The position numbers were made by a program, and so were the translations under genes. A DNA stretch of 64,000 nt, taken from assembly GCA_018970325.1 (NCBI GenBank), contig JAGWWP010000002.1:24693-88692 (forward strand), written 5' to 3'. The notes beneath the pieces are model-generated. The model was not told where the DNA came from. It ran no database searches and saw only the letters and a program-made list of their open reading frames with translations. The DNA comes from Cyanobacteria bacterium REEB446 (lineage in GTDB: Bacteria > Cyanobacteriota > Vampirovibrionia > LMEP-6097). The stretch's first letter is position 1. Every line of letters starts with the position of its first letter. Positions 17,788 to 26,745 of the stretch are shown piece after piece.

Positions 17788-18360
17788 CTAAACTGGGTTT
17801 GAGGTAGGAGCTTGGGTGTTTGCTGGGGTAAGATTGAGGTCGGGATTCTTGAATATACTTGACATTAATTTATTTACATCTTCTGTCGATATCGCTAACA
17901 CCCCACTTTTAAGAGAATCTCGTATAAGTGGAAGTATCGGCTTTAAGGCTGAATCATTTGTAGGCGAGATTTCACCATTTTTAATACCATTGTATATAGT
18001 TGCAAGTATTGGCAAATTATTTACAGCTTTTGACAATATAGACTTTAAGCTTCTTAAAACTTCTGAAGATACCTTTAATTCAACCCCTAAGGGCTCAATT
18101 CTTTGCTGATTTGTAGCTAAGGGAACTGTTTGATTCGTTATAACTTCAGGTGTTATAGTGGCTGGAATTATATTTGGTCTTGCATGTAATTGATTTAGCT
18201 CTTGTGGGTTTGTTTTATTAACGACAGCAGCATTAACCTGTTCAATAGGTGTTGTTGACTTTTGTTCTGCCTCTGTCCTCTTTATATTCGCTGGCTGTGG
18301 AGAAGCTCCTGCACCACCTAAAAATTTTGCTGCTAGATTAAAAAGAGGACCTAAACCCAT
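17788..18360 (-). CDS. Hypothetical low-complexity protein (Pro/Thr/Asn/Gln-rich)
   Basis: 190 aa with no recognisable domain. It overlaps an antisense ORF that is likely spurious. Confidence 0.35.
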   Translation of the reverse strand: MGLGPLFNLAAKFLGGAGASPQPANIKRTEAEQKSTTPIEQVNAAVVNKTNPQELNQLHARPNIIPATITPEVITNQTVPLATNQQRIEPLGVELKVSSEVLRSLKSILSKAVNNLPILATIYNGIKNGEISPTNDSALKPILPLIRDSLKSGVLAISTEDVNKLMSSIFKNPDLNLTPANTQAPTSNPV

Positions 18361-18430
18361 AATAAAATCACCTTAAAATATATTAACATATTTTAAGGTG
18401 ATTTTGTATTATTTTTTAATAATTTAAAAA

Positions 18431-19468
18431 CTAAGCCGTAACTAAAGATTTATAAATCGATTTACCAGAAGATTTAAGATCTGCACAGGCTTGACCAATT
18501 CTAGCTGCCATGCTTTCCTCGGCTTTCTTTAAGTAAGATCTAGGATCATAAACTTTTTTATTACCTACTTCGCCTTCGATTTTAAGAACGCCATCATAGT
18601 TTTTGAACATATGCTCTACTATAGGTCTAGTGAAAGCGTACTGAGTATCAGTATCTATATTCATTTTAATAACACCATATTCTAAAGTTTCGTGAATATC
18701 ACTTAAATCTGAACCAGAGCCACCATGAAACACTAGTAGGTGTTCTTTTCCGAATTTAGCTTTAACCGCGGCTTGACCTTCTTTAAGGATGCTAGGTGTA
18801 AGTTTTACATTACCCGGTTTATAAACACCGTGTACGTTTCCGAAAGTAGCAGCTAGCATAAATCTTTCGTTAATCGGGCTTAATTCTTCCCAAACGTAAA
18901 GCATGTCTTCTGGTGTCGTATAAAGCTTTTCATTAGAATGACCAGAGTTATCTACTCCATCTTCTTCGCCGCCGACTACACCAGTTTCTACTTCTAAAAT
19001 AATTTCGTTATCGTTACAGAGTTTAATGAGCTCTTTTGCAATAGCGATGTTCTCTTTAGTCGAAAGCTCAGAACCATCAAACATATGAGAGTTAAATAAA
19101 TTAGGTAAACCCTTAGCTCTTCTCTCTGCTGTTTTTGCGATAAGTGGCTTTAAGAAAGAGTCTACTTTCCCTGGCTGACAGTGGTCAGTGTGGATAGCGA
19201 CTAAAACATCATATTTTTCAGCTAAAGTATGAATAGCTTCAGCAAGCACAGTAGCTCCTAAAACCATATTTTTTTGTGCTAGACCTGAAGCGAATTCAGC
19301 TCCACCAGTGGAAACTTGGATGATACCATCAGACTTAGCATCAGCAAAAGCTTTTAAAGTCGCACTGATAGTGGCAAGTGAAGTTATGTTTACCGCAGGA
19401 TATGCGTATTTATCTTTTTTAGCTCTATCGAGCATTTCAACGTATTGTTTATAGTTAGCTACAGGCAT
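18431..19468 (-). CDS. fba: Fructose-bisphosphate aldolase, class II
   Basis: AIHTDHC zinc-binding region and LVFHGGSGS are the class II FBA signatures. Confidence 0.85.
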   Translation of the reverse strand: MPVANYKQYVEMLDRAKKDKYAYPAVNITSLATISATLKAFADAKSDGIIQVSTGGAEFASGLAQKNMVLGATVLAEAIHTLAEKYDVLVAIHTDHCQPGKVDSFLKPLIAKTAERRAKGLPNLFNSHMFDGSELSTKENIAIAKELIKLCNDNEIILEVETGVVGGEEDGVDNSGHSNEKLYTTPEDMLYVWEELSPINERFMLAATFGNVHGVYKPGNVKLTPSILKEGQAAVKAKFGKEHLLVFHGGSGSDLSDIHETLEYGVIKMNIDTDTQYAFTRPIVEHMFKNYDGVLKIEGEVGNKKVYDPRSYLKKAEESMAARIGQACADLKSSGKSIYKSLVTA

Positions 19469-19518
19469 TAGTTTTACTCCTCAAAAACCTAATTTTAGCA
19501 CGCTGCTATTACTTGACG

Positions 19519-19667
19519 CTGAAATTGAAGTTCGGTAATAGTACCCAAAGGGGACTGCTCACAAACGTGCAAGGGAAACGCAGAAATTGAAATTCGGCAA
19601 TAGTACAAGGGGAATGCTCACAAACGAACAAGGGAAACGCAGAAATTGGAGTTTGCGAGCAGTCCCC
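19519..19667 (+). repeat. Tandem array of about three degenerate RPE-like elements between fba and rnj
   Basis: gaaattgaagttcggtaatagtac...ggggactgctcacaaacgtgcaagggaaacgcagaaattgaaattcggcaatagtacaaggggaatgctcacaaacgaacaagggaaacgcagaaattggagtttgcgagcagtcccc. The palindromic termini are ggggaNtgctcacaaac / gtttgcgagcagtcccc. The last copy abuts or overlaps the rnj stop codon. Confidence 0.7.
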
Positions 19668-21304
19668 TAATTTAAACCAGCGACTACGGGCTTAACTGTA
19701 CCATGATTACTTAAAACCACAACTTCAAGTAGTGGATATCTACGAGTTCTATTATCAAGGAAATTATAAATTTTAGAAGAAATAATACTCTGTAGTTTTA
19801 GAGAAAATTTATCTAAATTCTCTATAGAAGATGGCTTCTCTTTATCTATCATGCTTTCAAGTGCTTCGTGAGTTAAGCTGATTAGTTCTTTTTTAAAGCT
19901 CCTTTCATCAAAACCAAGTGGTAGTAGTATACCTTTAGTGTTTAATTTAGGTTCAGCACTATACTGGCCGTAAGCGTTAATATTAACGACGACTAATATA
20001 AAACCATCACTTAATATCATTTTTCTCTCTAGGATTATGTCCTCATCCAGCCTGCCGACATTGTCGTTATCGACCAGAACTATACCAGAGTCAACTCTCT
20101 CATTAATAGAACATTTACCATCTTGCATTTCAAGAATATCGCCATTATCTAGTACGAAGATATTGTCTGGATTGACTCCACATTTCATCCCCGTTTCACC
20201 ATGCTTAAGCAGCATTCGATATTCACCGTGACAAGGCATAAAGTTCACTGGTCTGCAGAGATTTAAAAGCATTTTCTGCTCTTCTTGACTAGCGTGCCCA
20301 GAGACGTGAATAGTTTGACCTAATCCATAAATAACATCAGCACCGCGAGCAAATAAGCTATCTATGAGATGATTAACTGATTTTTCATTTCCTGGTATCG
20401 GTGAAGCACTGATCAGTACTTGATCTCCAGCTTGTATTTTTACGTATTTATGCTCATTACGGGCGATACGAGAAAGAGCTGCGAATTGCTCTCCCTGACT
20501 GCCTGTCGTTAATATGACGAGATCCTCTGGGGGAATTTTGTTAACTTCTTCCTGTTTGATTATGAAATTATCAGGTATTGAGATGAAACCTAGGTCCTTA
20601 GAGATATTCGCTAAGTTAACCATAGATCTACCAAATATGGTTACTTTTTTATTAGCTTGTAGAGCAAGCTGCAAGACGATTTTCACGCGACTTACTTGGC
20701 TAGCGAACGTCGTAATAAATAACTTTTTTCTAGAATTGAAAATCATTTCTTTAAGTTTAGGTATAACGGCTTTCTCTGATGGTGTATAACCAGCTCTTTC
20801 TGCATTAGTGCTATCACTTATAAGTAAATCTACGCCAGACTCTCCAGCCGCAGCTAAACTGCGAATGTCGAAATACTGGTTCTCTACTGGGCTGTGATCA
20901 AATTTAAAATCACCGCTATGTACGATTCTGCCTGCTGGTGTGTCGATGATTAGGCAGTAGCTATCTGCGATACTATGATTGTTTCTTATATATTGAACTG
21001 AAAAATGCTGACCAATTTGAACCCTGTCTCTAGCTTTAGTCCAGACCATTTTTTGGTGTAGTACATTCGCTTCTTTGAGCTTGCTCTGAATTAAAGCATA
21101 AGCTAGACCCGGTGCATAAATAATTGGAATATTAATTTCCCTGAGCATCGGTACTATACCACCAATATGATCTTCGTGACCATGGGTCACTATCATGCCT
21201 CTGATGCGATCTTTGTTAGCGACTAAATAATTAATTTTAGGGAGTACTATATCTACCCCTATCATGCTTGCTGTCGGGAAGGCGAGTCCAGCATCGACAA
21301 GCAT
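19667..21304 (-). CDS. rnj: Ribonuclease J (metallo-beta-lactamase / beta-CASP RNase). The true start is probably upstream of the listed Met.
   Basis: VTHGHEDHIGG, the beta-CASP region and an RNase J C-terminal domain are present. The in-frame sequence upstream of the listed M encodes the conserved N-terminus ...KVKVIALGGLFEIGKNTWIFECGDDIMLVDAG, but no ATG, GTG or TTG lies in frame between the upstream stop (~21527) and 21304. Confidence 0.85.
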   Translation of the reverse strand: MLVDAGLAFPTASMIGVDIVLPKINYLVANKDRIRGMIVTHGHEDHIGGIVPMLREINIPIIYAPGLAYALIQSKLKEANVLHQKMVWTKARDRVQIGQHFSVQYIRNNHSIADSYCLIIDTPAGRIVHSGDFKFDHSPVENQYFDIRSLAAAGESGVDLLISDSTNAERAGYTPSEKAVIPKLKEMIFNSRKKLFITTFASQVSRVKIVLQLALQANKKVTIFGRSMVNLANISKDLGFISIPDNFIIKQEEVNKIPPEDLVILTTGSQGEQFAALSRIARNEHKYVKIQAGDQVLISASPIPGNEKSVNHLIDSLFARGADVIYGLGQTIHVSGHASQEEQKMLLNLCRPVNFMPCHGEYRMLLKHGETGMKCGVNPDNIFVLDNGDILEMQDGKCSINERVDSGIVLVDNDNVGRLDEDIILERKMILSDGFILVVVNINAYGQYSAEPKLNTKGILLPLGFDERSFKKELISLTHEALESMIDKEKPSSIENLDKFSLKLQSIISSKIYNFLDNRTRRYPLLEVVVLSNHGTVKPVVAGLN

Positions 21305-21495
21305 AATATCGTCACCACATTCAAATATCCAAGTGTTTTTCCCGATTTCAAATAAACCACCGAGGGCGATGACTTTTACTTTTTTGCTTGGGTCGTAAGT
21401 TATTTGACTAGAGTCGTGCTTAATCGTCTTAGTAACGGTCTTGATTTCACCGCTGCTAGATTTAAGAATTCTTCTTGTTTGGTTGGTTATTTTAC

Positions 21496-22416
21496 TCAGA
21501 CTAAATCTGCCTCTGCTACTTCTAAAACTTCTTTAATTAATTTACTATACTCAAGCTGTTTTTCTTTCGGTAAAGAAACCATCGGGCTTCTTAACTCTGC
21601 TGAACACAGTTCCATGCCAGCTAATGCAGCTTTAATACCAATCGGATTAGTATCTGAGAATATCGCTTTCATGACAGGGAACATTCTTAAATGAATTCGC
21701 TTAGCTAGTTCGTTATTCCCGCTTTGGAAAGCTAGTATCATATCTTTCATCTGTTTGCCCACTACGTGTGAACATACAGATATAATGCCATCTGCACCTA
21801 TGCTCATCATCGGCAGAATTAAAGTATCTTCACCAGAATAAATTTTTAAAGCGTTAGAAGAAAATTTCTGTCTTACCGTGCTGATTAAATCGAAATTGCT
21901 ACTAGCCTCTTTTAATGCAACGATATTGGGATTATTAGAAACCAATTCGATAATTGATTCTGCGGTCAGGCTCACTACTGATCTTGCTGGTACATTATAG
22001 AGAATAATGGGTAAGTCTGTGCTAGAAGATATTTCATTAAAATGTTTAATAAGACCTTCTTGGTTAGGCTTATTATAATAAGGTACTACGAGTAATATGC
22101 CATCTGCACCAAGCTCCTCAGCTCGTTTAGCAGAGTGAACAGCTGTTTTAGTACAGTTAGAACCAGCTCCGAATATAACCTTAGTGCCCTGATCAAGTTC
22201 TTTTACTTTTTTTAAAGTGAAATCAAGTAAGTCTTCTTCCTCTTGGTGGGTGAGCGTCGGTCTTTCACCAGTAGTGCCAGAGATGATTATCGAATCGGTA
22301 CCAGTTTTTACTAAGTGTGTGATTATATTTTCAGCAGCGATATAATCTATGCGATTAATATCATCCTCTTTGAAGGGAGTTACCATTGCCGTAATTAGTG
22401 AGCCGAAATTAATCAT
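21496..22416 (-). CDS. dapA: 4-hydroxy-tetrahydrodipicolinate synthase
   Basis: 306 aa with a DapA/NAL-family TIM-barrel pattern (TAMVTPF..., GTTGE, YNVP). Confidence 0.85.
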   Translation of the reverse strand: MINFGSLITAMVTPFKEDDINRIDYIAAENIITHLVKTGTDSIIISGTTGERPTLTHQEEEDLLDFTLKKVKELDQGTKVIFGAGSNCTKTAVHSAKRAEELGADGILLVVPYYNKPNQEGLIKHFNEISSSTDLPIILYNVPARSVVSLTAESIIELVSNNPNIVALKEASSNFDLISTVRQKFSSNALKIYSGEDTLILPMMSIGADGIISVCSHVVGKQMKDMILAFQSGNNELAKRIHLRMFPVMKAIFSDTNPIGIKAALAGMELCSAELRSPMVSLPKEKQLEYSKLIKEVLEVAEADLV

Positions 22417-22448
22417 TAACTTAAGTCTATTTTATAAAACCTGAATTC

Positions 22449-23471
22449 CTATATTATACCTTGTTTTATCATGGATTCTGCGATTTGTACTGTATTTAAG
22501 GCAGCACCTTTACGTAAATTATCTGAGACTAACCAAATATTAAAAGTATTCTCTTTGCTTTCATCTTTTCTAATTCTACCAACAAAGGTCGAATCCTTAC
22601 CCTGAGCTGATATTGGCATCGGGTAAATTTTTTCAGAAGGACTGTCAATAACTTTAACATTAGGATTACTAGAAATAACTTCTTTAAACTCCTTTACGTC
22701 AGAGCTTTTCTTGAGTTCTATATTAATGCTTTCACTGTGACATATCAAAACTGGCACTCTGACCGCAGTGCAAGTGATTTTAAGCTCAGGTAATCCAAGA
22801 ATTTTTCTACTTTCTAAGATTACTTTCATCTCTTCTTTGGTGTACCCATTATCTAAAAAGACGTCTATCTGAGGGATTAAATTAAAAGCGAGTTTTTGAT
22901 TAATGACATTATTTACGAAAGACTCTTTATTAATAGCTTTCTGTGTATTCTCTATTAACTCTTCCATGGCTGCTTTTCCAGCACCAGAGATACTTTGATA
23001 AGTGCTTACTACTACTCTTTCTATGCCATAGTAATCCTGTAGTGGTTTTAAAACACAGACAAGTGGAGCTGTAGAACAATTAGGATTTGCGATAATTCCT
23101 TGATGGAGTTTTAAGGCTTCGGGATTAACCTCTGGTACTACTAAAGGTACATTTTCATCCATTCTAAAGGCACTAGAATTATCTATTAAAACAGCACCAG
23201 CTTTTACAATATCTTCTGAAAATTGTTGACTAATAGAAGATCCAGCCGACGCAAGTACTATGTCGATCCCAGTAAAAGAATTAGAATTAACGGCTTCGAC
23301 AGGATAATCTACGCCATTGCGGCCTTGAATAATAGTGCCAGCCGATCTTTCACTAGCTAATAGTTTGAGCTGATTAAAAGGGAAATCTCTTTTGATTAAA
23401 ACATCTAATAGAAGTCTACCAACATTACCTGTGGCTCCTAATATTGCTACGTTATATTTTCTATTATTCAT
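22449..23471 (-). CDS. asd: Aspartate-semialdehyde dehydrogenase
   Basis: N-terminal NAD(P) fold VAILGATGNVGR, with length and pattern consistent with Asd. Confidence 0.85.
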   Translation of the reverse strand: MNNRKYNVAILGATGNVGRLLLDVLIKRDFPFNQLKLLASERSAGTIIQGRNGVDYPVEAVNSNSFTGIDIVLASAGSSISQQFSEDIVKAGAVLIDNSSAFRMDENVPLVVPEVNPEALKLHQGIIANPNCSTAPLVCVLKPLQDYYGIERVVVSTYQSISGAGKAAMEELIENTQKAINKESFVNNVINQKLAFNLIPQIDVFLDNGYTKEEMKVILESRKILGLPELKITCTAVRVPVLICHSESINIELKKSSDVKEFKEVISSNPNVKVIDSPSEKIYPMPISAQGKDSTFVGRIRKDESKENTFNIWLVSDNLRKGAALNTVQIAESMIKQGII

Positions 23472-23472
23472 A

Positions 23473-25086
23473 TTAGTGTCTGTGAGAGGTTTCTAGTAGG
23501 GCTGAATTTAATCTTTCGATGATTTTTTCTTTACCTAAAAGTACTGCAATAAACCCTAGTTCAGGCCCACTAGTTTTAGCACTAATGGCTACGCGAATTG
23601 GGAAAAATAGTTTTTTACCTTTGAGGTTTAATTTCTCACCAATAGAATTAATACCATTTTTAATTGAATCTTGATCAGCAAAATCTAGAGAACCACTTTC
23701 GATAAGGGATATGAATTCATGGATAACTTCTTTACCTTCTTCGGCGATCGTAATTAAAGTACTATCATCAAGTTTAAAGTCTTCAAAAAAATAGTTAATA
23801 TGTTCATCTATCTGTTCAAATTTATCTAGGCTTTCTTGAATGGATTCAATTATTAACTGGATTTGAGATGAATTAAATAGAGAATTATTTTCTAAATTGA
23901 ATCTTGAAAATCTAGAAACATGAGTTAATATTTCTTCATAGTTTAGTTTGCTTATGTAGTCACGGTTATACCAGTTTAATTTTTGAATATCGTAGATAGC
24001 TGGGCTTTTACTAACGCTAGTTATCTGAAAATCTTCAGCAGCTTCAGTGATAGTAAATATTTCACCATACTTAGCTGAATTATAACTCGTACCTAAAAGG
24101 TAATTAACGAGAGCCTTTGCTAAATAGCCTTGAGTTTTATAAGTGTTAACAGAAGCGATATCACCATGTTTACGTTTAGAGAGCTTCTGTTTATCCTTCG
24201 TGAAAATTAAAGGTAGGTGCCCAAATTCGGGAATCGGAAAATTTAAAGCTTCATAAATAGCGATCTGTTTCGCTGTATTACTTATATGATCTTCTCCTCT
24301 CAGAATGTGTGAAATCTGCATTTCATAATCATCTATCACTACTGCAAAATTATAGAGAACCTGCCCTGTGGATTTCTGGATAACTGGGTCTCCGCCAAGG
24401 TCTCTAGTATTAATGGATACTTCACCTCTGATTAAATCTAACCAAGTGATTACATGGTCTGCTCCTAGATTTAATCTAACGACATAGGGCTTCCCTTCTT
24501 TAAGTAATTTTTCTGAATCATCTTTGGAGACATCTCTTGATCGATTATCATATTTCTCTATCTCTTTACGAGCTTTCTGAGCTTCACGCATAGCGTCTAA
24601 TTCTTCTACTGTCGCAAAACATCTATAAGCTTTACCCTCATTAATTAATCTTTCTATATAACTGCTATGCACGGCTTCTCTGAGTGATTGTCTGACTATT
24701 CCATCTTCACCTAAACCTACGAGAGTTTCTCGGGCACGTAGCGGAACTCCAATTTCTGCGTTTTCGTCGTCCTCATGATCCTCATGCACACCTAGTGCAC
24801 TGCGGTCTTTCGTCCTCCTCAGCCTTGAACTTGTTCGTTCGGCTACGTGCCCTTCTGGCGTATCCCAAGAGATATTTAACCATTTAAACCCTTCTAATAT
24901 TTCTTGAGTAAACTGTTCTTCGCTTCTTTGTCTATCAGTATCTTCTAGTCTAAAGAAAAACTCACCTTGGTGTTTTTTTGCGAAAAGTACATTGTAGAGA
25001 GCTGTTCTGACGGTACCTAAGTGTAGATTACCTGTTGGGCTAGGTGCTATTCTGGTTCTTACTTTAGGAAAGGCGTTTAAGGGCAT
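23473..25086 (-). CDS. gltX: Glutamyl-tRNA synthetase carrying an in-frame RPE-like insertion
   Basis: HIGH region RIAPSPTGNLHLGTVRTAL and KMSKS region KLSKRKHGD are present. An extra ~45 aa, ...HVAERTSSRLRRTKDRSALGVHEDHEDDENAEIGVPLRARETLVGLGEDG..., sits between the class I catalytic-core motifs and is encoded by the repeat at 24732-24852. Confidence 0.85.
   Translation of the reverse strand: MPLNAFPKVRTRIAPSPTGNLHLGTVRTALYNVLFAKKHQGEFFFRLEDTDRQRSEEQFTQEILEGFKWLNISWDTPEGHVAERTSSRLRRTKDRSALGVHEDHEDDENAEIGVPLRARETLVGLGEDGIVRQSLREAVHSSYIERLINEGKAYRCFATVEELDAMREAQKARKEIEKYDNRSRDVSKDDSEKLLKEGKPYVVRLNLGADHVITWLDLIRGEVSINTRDLGGDPVIQKSTGQVLYNFAVVIDDYEMQISHILRGEDHISNTAKQIAIYEALNFPIPEFGHLPLIFTKDKQKLSKRKHGDIASVNTYKTQGYLAKALVNYLLGTSYNSAKYGEIFTITEAAEDFQITSVSKSPAIYDIQKLNWYNRDYISKLNYEEILTHVSRFSRFNLENNSLFNSSQIQLIIESIQESLDKFEQIDEHINYFFEDFKLDDSTLITIAEEGKEVIHEFISLIESGSLDFADQDSIKNGINSIGEKLNLKGKKLFFPIRVAISAKTSGPELGFIAVLLGKEKIIERLNSALLETSHRH
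24732..24852 (-). repeat. Full-length RPE-like element (~121 bp) in-frame within gltX
   Basis: A 16-bp TIR, gggcacgtagcggaac ... gttcggctacgtgccc, bounds the shared core gttcaaggctgaggaggacgaaagaccgcagtgcac...catgaggatcatgaggacgacgaaaacgcagaaattggagtt (reverse complement). Confidence 0.8.
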
Positions 25087-25124
25087 GGTCTCTGCGTTAT
25101 ATTCTAGCGTGAACTAATAGATAA

Positions 25125-26633
25125 TTAGTGGGTTCTTAATGATTTCTGAATTAGGGTGTTGTTTACATACTTTGAATTAGCTTTAGGGAAATCACTGCGA
25201 AAGTGACAGCCTCTACTTTCTTCGCGCTTAAGAGCAGATTTGAAGGCTAATTCTGCAACTATTCTTGCTTTGCTACCCTCAGTACAGTGTTTCAGATCAT
25301 TTAAGCAGCTTTTTAATTCACTTGCATTTCTTTCTATACCAAGACCTTTGGCCATAATGTTTTGAATGTTTTTTAGGTTTTCTTCTTCAGCGTTGATTTC
25401 ACTGTAGCTTAGCGCAGCATTTACGTCTTCGCAGGGTTCCCCTGGCTTATTAGATTTAGTAAATTCAGTACCTAGAATGGAATTAGCTAAAAACTCAGGC
25501 ATCACTATACATTCGAGTAGTGAATTACTCGCTAGGCGATTAGCTCCATGTAAGCCAGTACAGGCACATTCACCAATAGCATAAAGTCCTTTTACATTAG
25601 TTCTGCCATGAATATCAGTCTTGATGCCTCCGATGCAGTAATGAGCTGCGGGACGTACGGGTAGAAGGTCTTGGCTAAGATCATAGCCACTTAGCTCGCA
25701 GTGATGGTAAATATTGGGGAATTTTTCTTCTAAATCTTTTTTAGACCAGCAAGTCATGTCTAAATAGACATAATCCGCTTCAGTCTTTTTCATCTCTTCA
25801 GCTATTGCTCTGCTGACTATATCCCTTGTCGCAAGTTCAGCTTTAATATCATAAGCTTCCATAAAGCTTTGCTTAAAGATATTTTTAAGTACAGCTCCAG
25901 CTCCTCTTACGACTTCTGAAATTAAAAATGGCTTCGAGCCATTAAAAAAAACAGTCGGATGAAACTGTATAAACTCTAAATTTTCTAGAGCCGCTCCAGC
26001 AGAATAAGCTAGTGCAAGGCCATCTCCAGTTAAAATACGAGGCGTGGTGTGATCTTTATACAATGAAGCAAAACCGCCAGTAGCTAAAATAGTCTGAGCC
26101 GCATTTATATCAAAAACCTCTCCAGAGACAGTTTTCAGTCTAGCTCCGACTACTTCGTCTTCATTTTTTAAAAGTGATATGGCTTCAGTTCCTTGAGAGA
26201 TGGCTATATTTAAATTACAGGAAACATTATCGAGTAAAGGCTTTAGTAAAGCTCTGCCAGTGGCATCGGCTACGTGCAAAACTCTTTTAAAACTGTGGGA
26301 CCCTTCTAGGTAAAAATCTTTATCAAACTTAACTCCTAAACCAATAAATTCCTCGACTCTTTCCCAAGCATTACTTAAAACGGTTTCTACTATTTTAGAA
26401 TTACATAGACCTTTTCCAGCACTTAAAGTGTCTTGAATATGACTTTCAAGTTTATCTTCAGGATTCCAAGGACTAACTACGGCTACGCCACCTTGAGCGT
26501 ATTTGCTAGAACCCTCTGTTACTGCTTCTTTTGAGCATACAAAAACTGTCTGCCCTGCCTGTGCAAGCTTCCTTGCAAGGTTAAGCCCTGCAATACCTGA
26601 GCCGATGATTAGTGCATCGAAATAAGCTGACAT
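25125..26633 (-). CDS. nadB: L-aspartate oxidase
   Basis: 502 aa with FAD fold ALIIGSGIAGL and an SdhA/FrdA-like flavoprotein pattern without the C-terminal extension. Length fits NadB. Confidence 0.7.
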   Translation of the reverse strand: MSAYFDALIIGSGIAGLNLARKLAQAGQTVFVCSKEAVTEGSSKYAQGGVAVVSPWNPEDKLESHIQDTLSAGKGLCNSKIVETVLSNAWERVEEFIGLGVKFDKDFYLEGSHSFKRVLHVADATGRALLKPLLDNVSCNLNIAISQGTEAISLLKNEDEVVGARLKTVSGEVFDINAAQTILATGGFASLYKDHTTPRILTGDGLALAYSAGAALENLEFIQFHPTVFFNGSKPFLISEVVRGAGAVLKNIFKQSFMEAYDIKAELATRDIVSRAIAEEMKKTEADYVYLDMTCWSKKDLEEKFPNIYHHCELSGYDLSQDLLPVRPAAHYCIGGIKTDIHGRTNVKGLYAIGECACTGLHGANRLASNSLLECIVMPEFLANSILGTEFTKSNKPGEPCEDVNAALSYSEINAEEENLKNIQNIMAKGLGIERNASELKSCLNDLKHCTEGSKARIVAELAFKSALKREESRGCHFRSDFPKANSKYVNNTLIQKSLRTH

Positions 26634-26745
26634 GATGATATATTATTACTATTTTACAATACGCTAGTGACTTAAACGTTTTTTTATTTAATAGTGAAGA
26701 TTTTATGTCTTCAAAGTGTTAATTGATGATTCATTAAGTAGCACT

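Noticed and set aside
2193-20789. Multiple short antisense ORFs from the track (2193-2420, 4114-4314, 5168-5425, 12113-12313, 17816-18109, 20037-20231, 20514-20789 and similar ones later)
   Set aside because: Each is embedded antisense within a longer gene with clear homology-type motifs. AT-rich genomes produce such open frames by chance, and none shows a motif or RBS.
21404-21694. ORF-track CDS on the + strand (96 aa) between rnj and dapA
   Set aside because: It lies antisense to the conserved, in-frame N-terminal extension of rnj and to the 3' end of dapA, has no RBS and no recognisable motif, and is almost certainly spurious.
24732-24852. Considered an intein or a conserved protein domain as the explanation for the shared ~30-45 aa peptide in GltX, the ATPase and the beta-propeller
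   Set aside because: The peptide is far too short for an intein and lacks intein splicing motifs such as the C/S...HN-C/S/T junctions. The similarity is at nucleotide level, includes palindromic termini, and the same sequence occurs in non-coding DNA, so it is a DNA repeat read through by translation.
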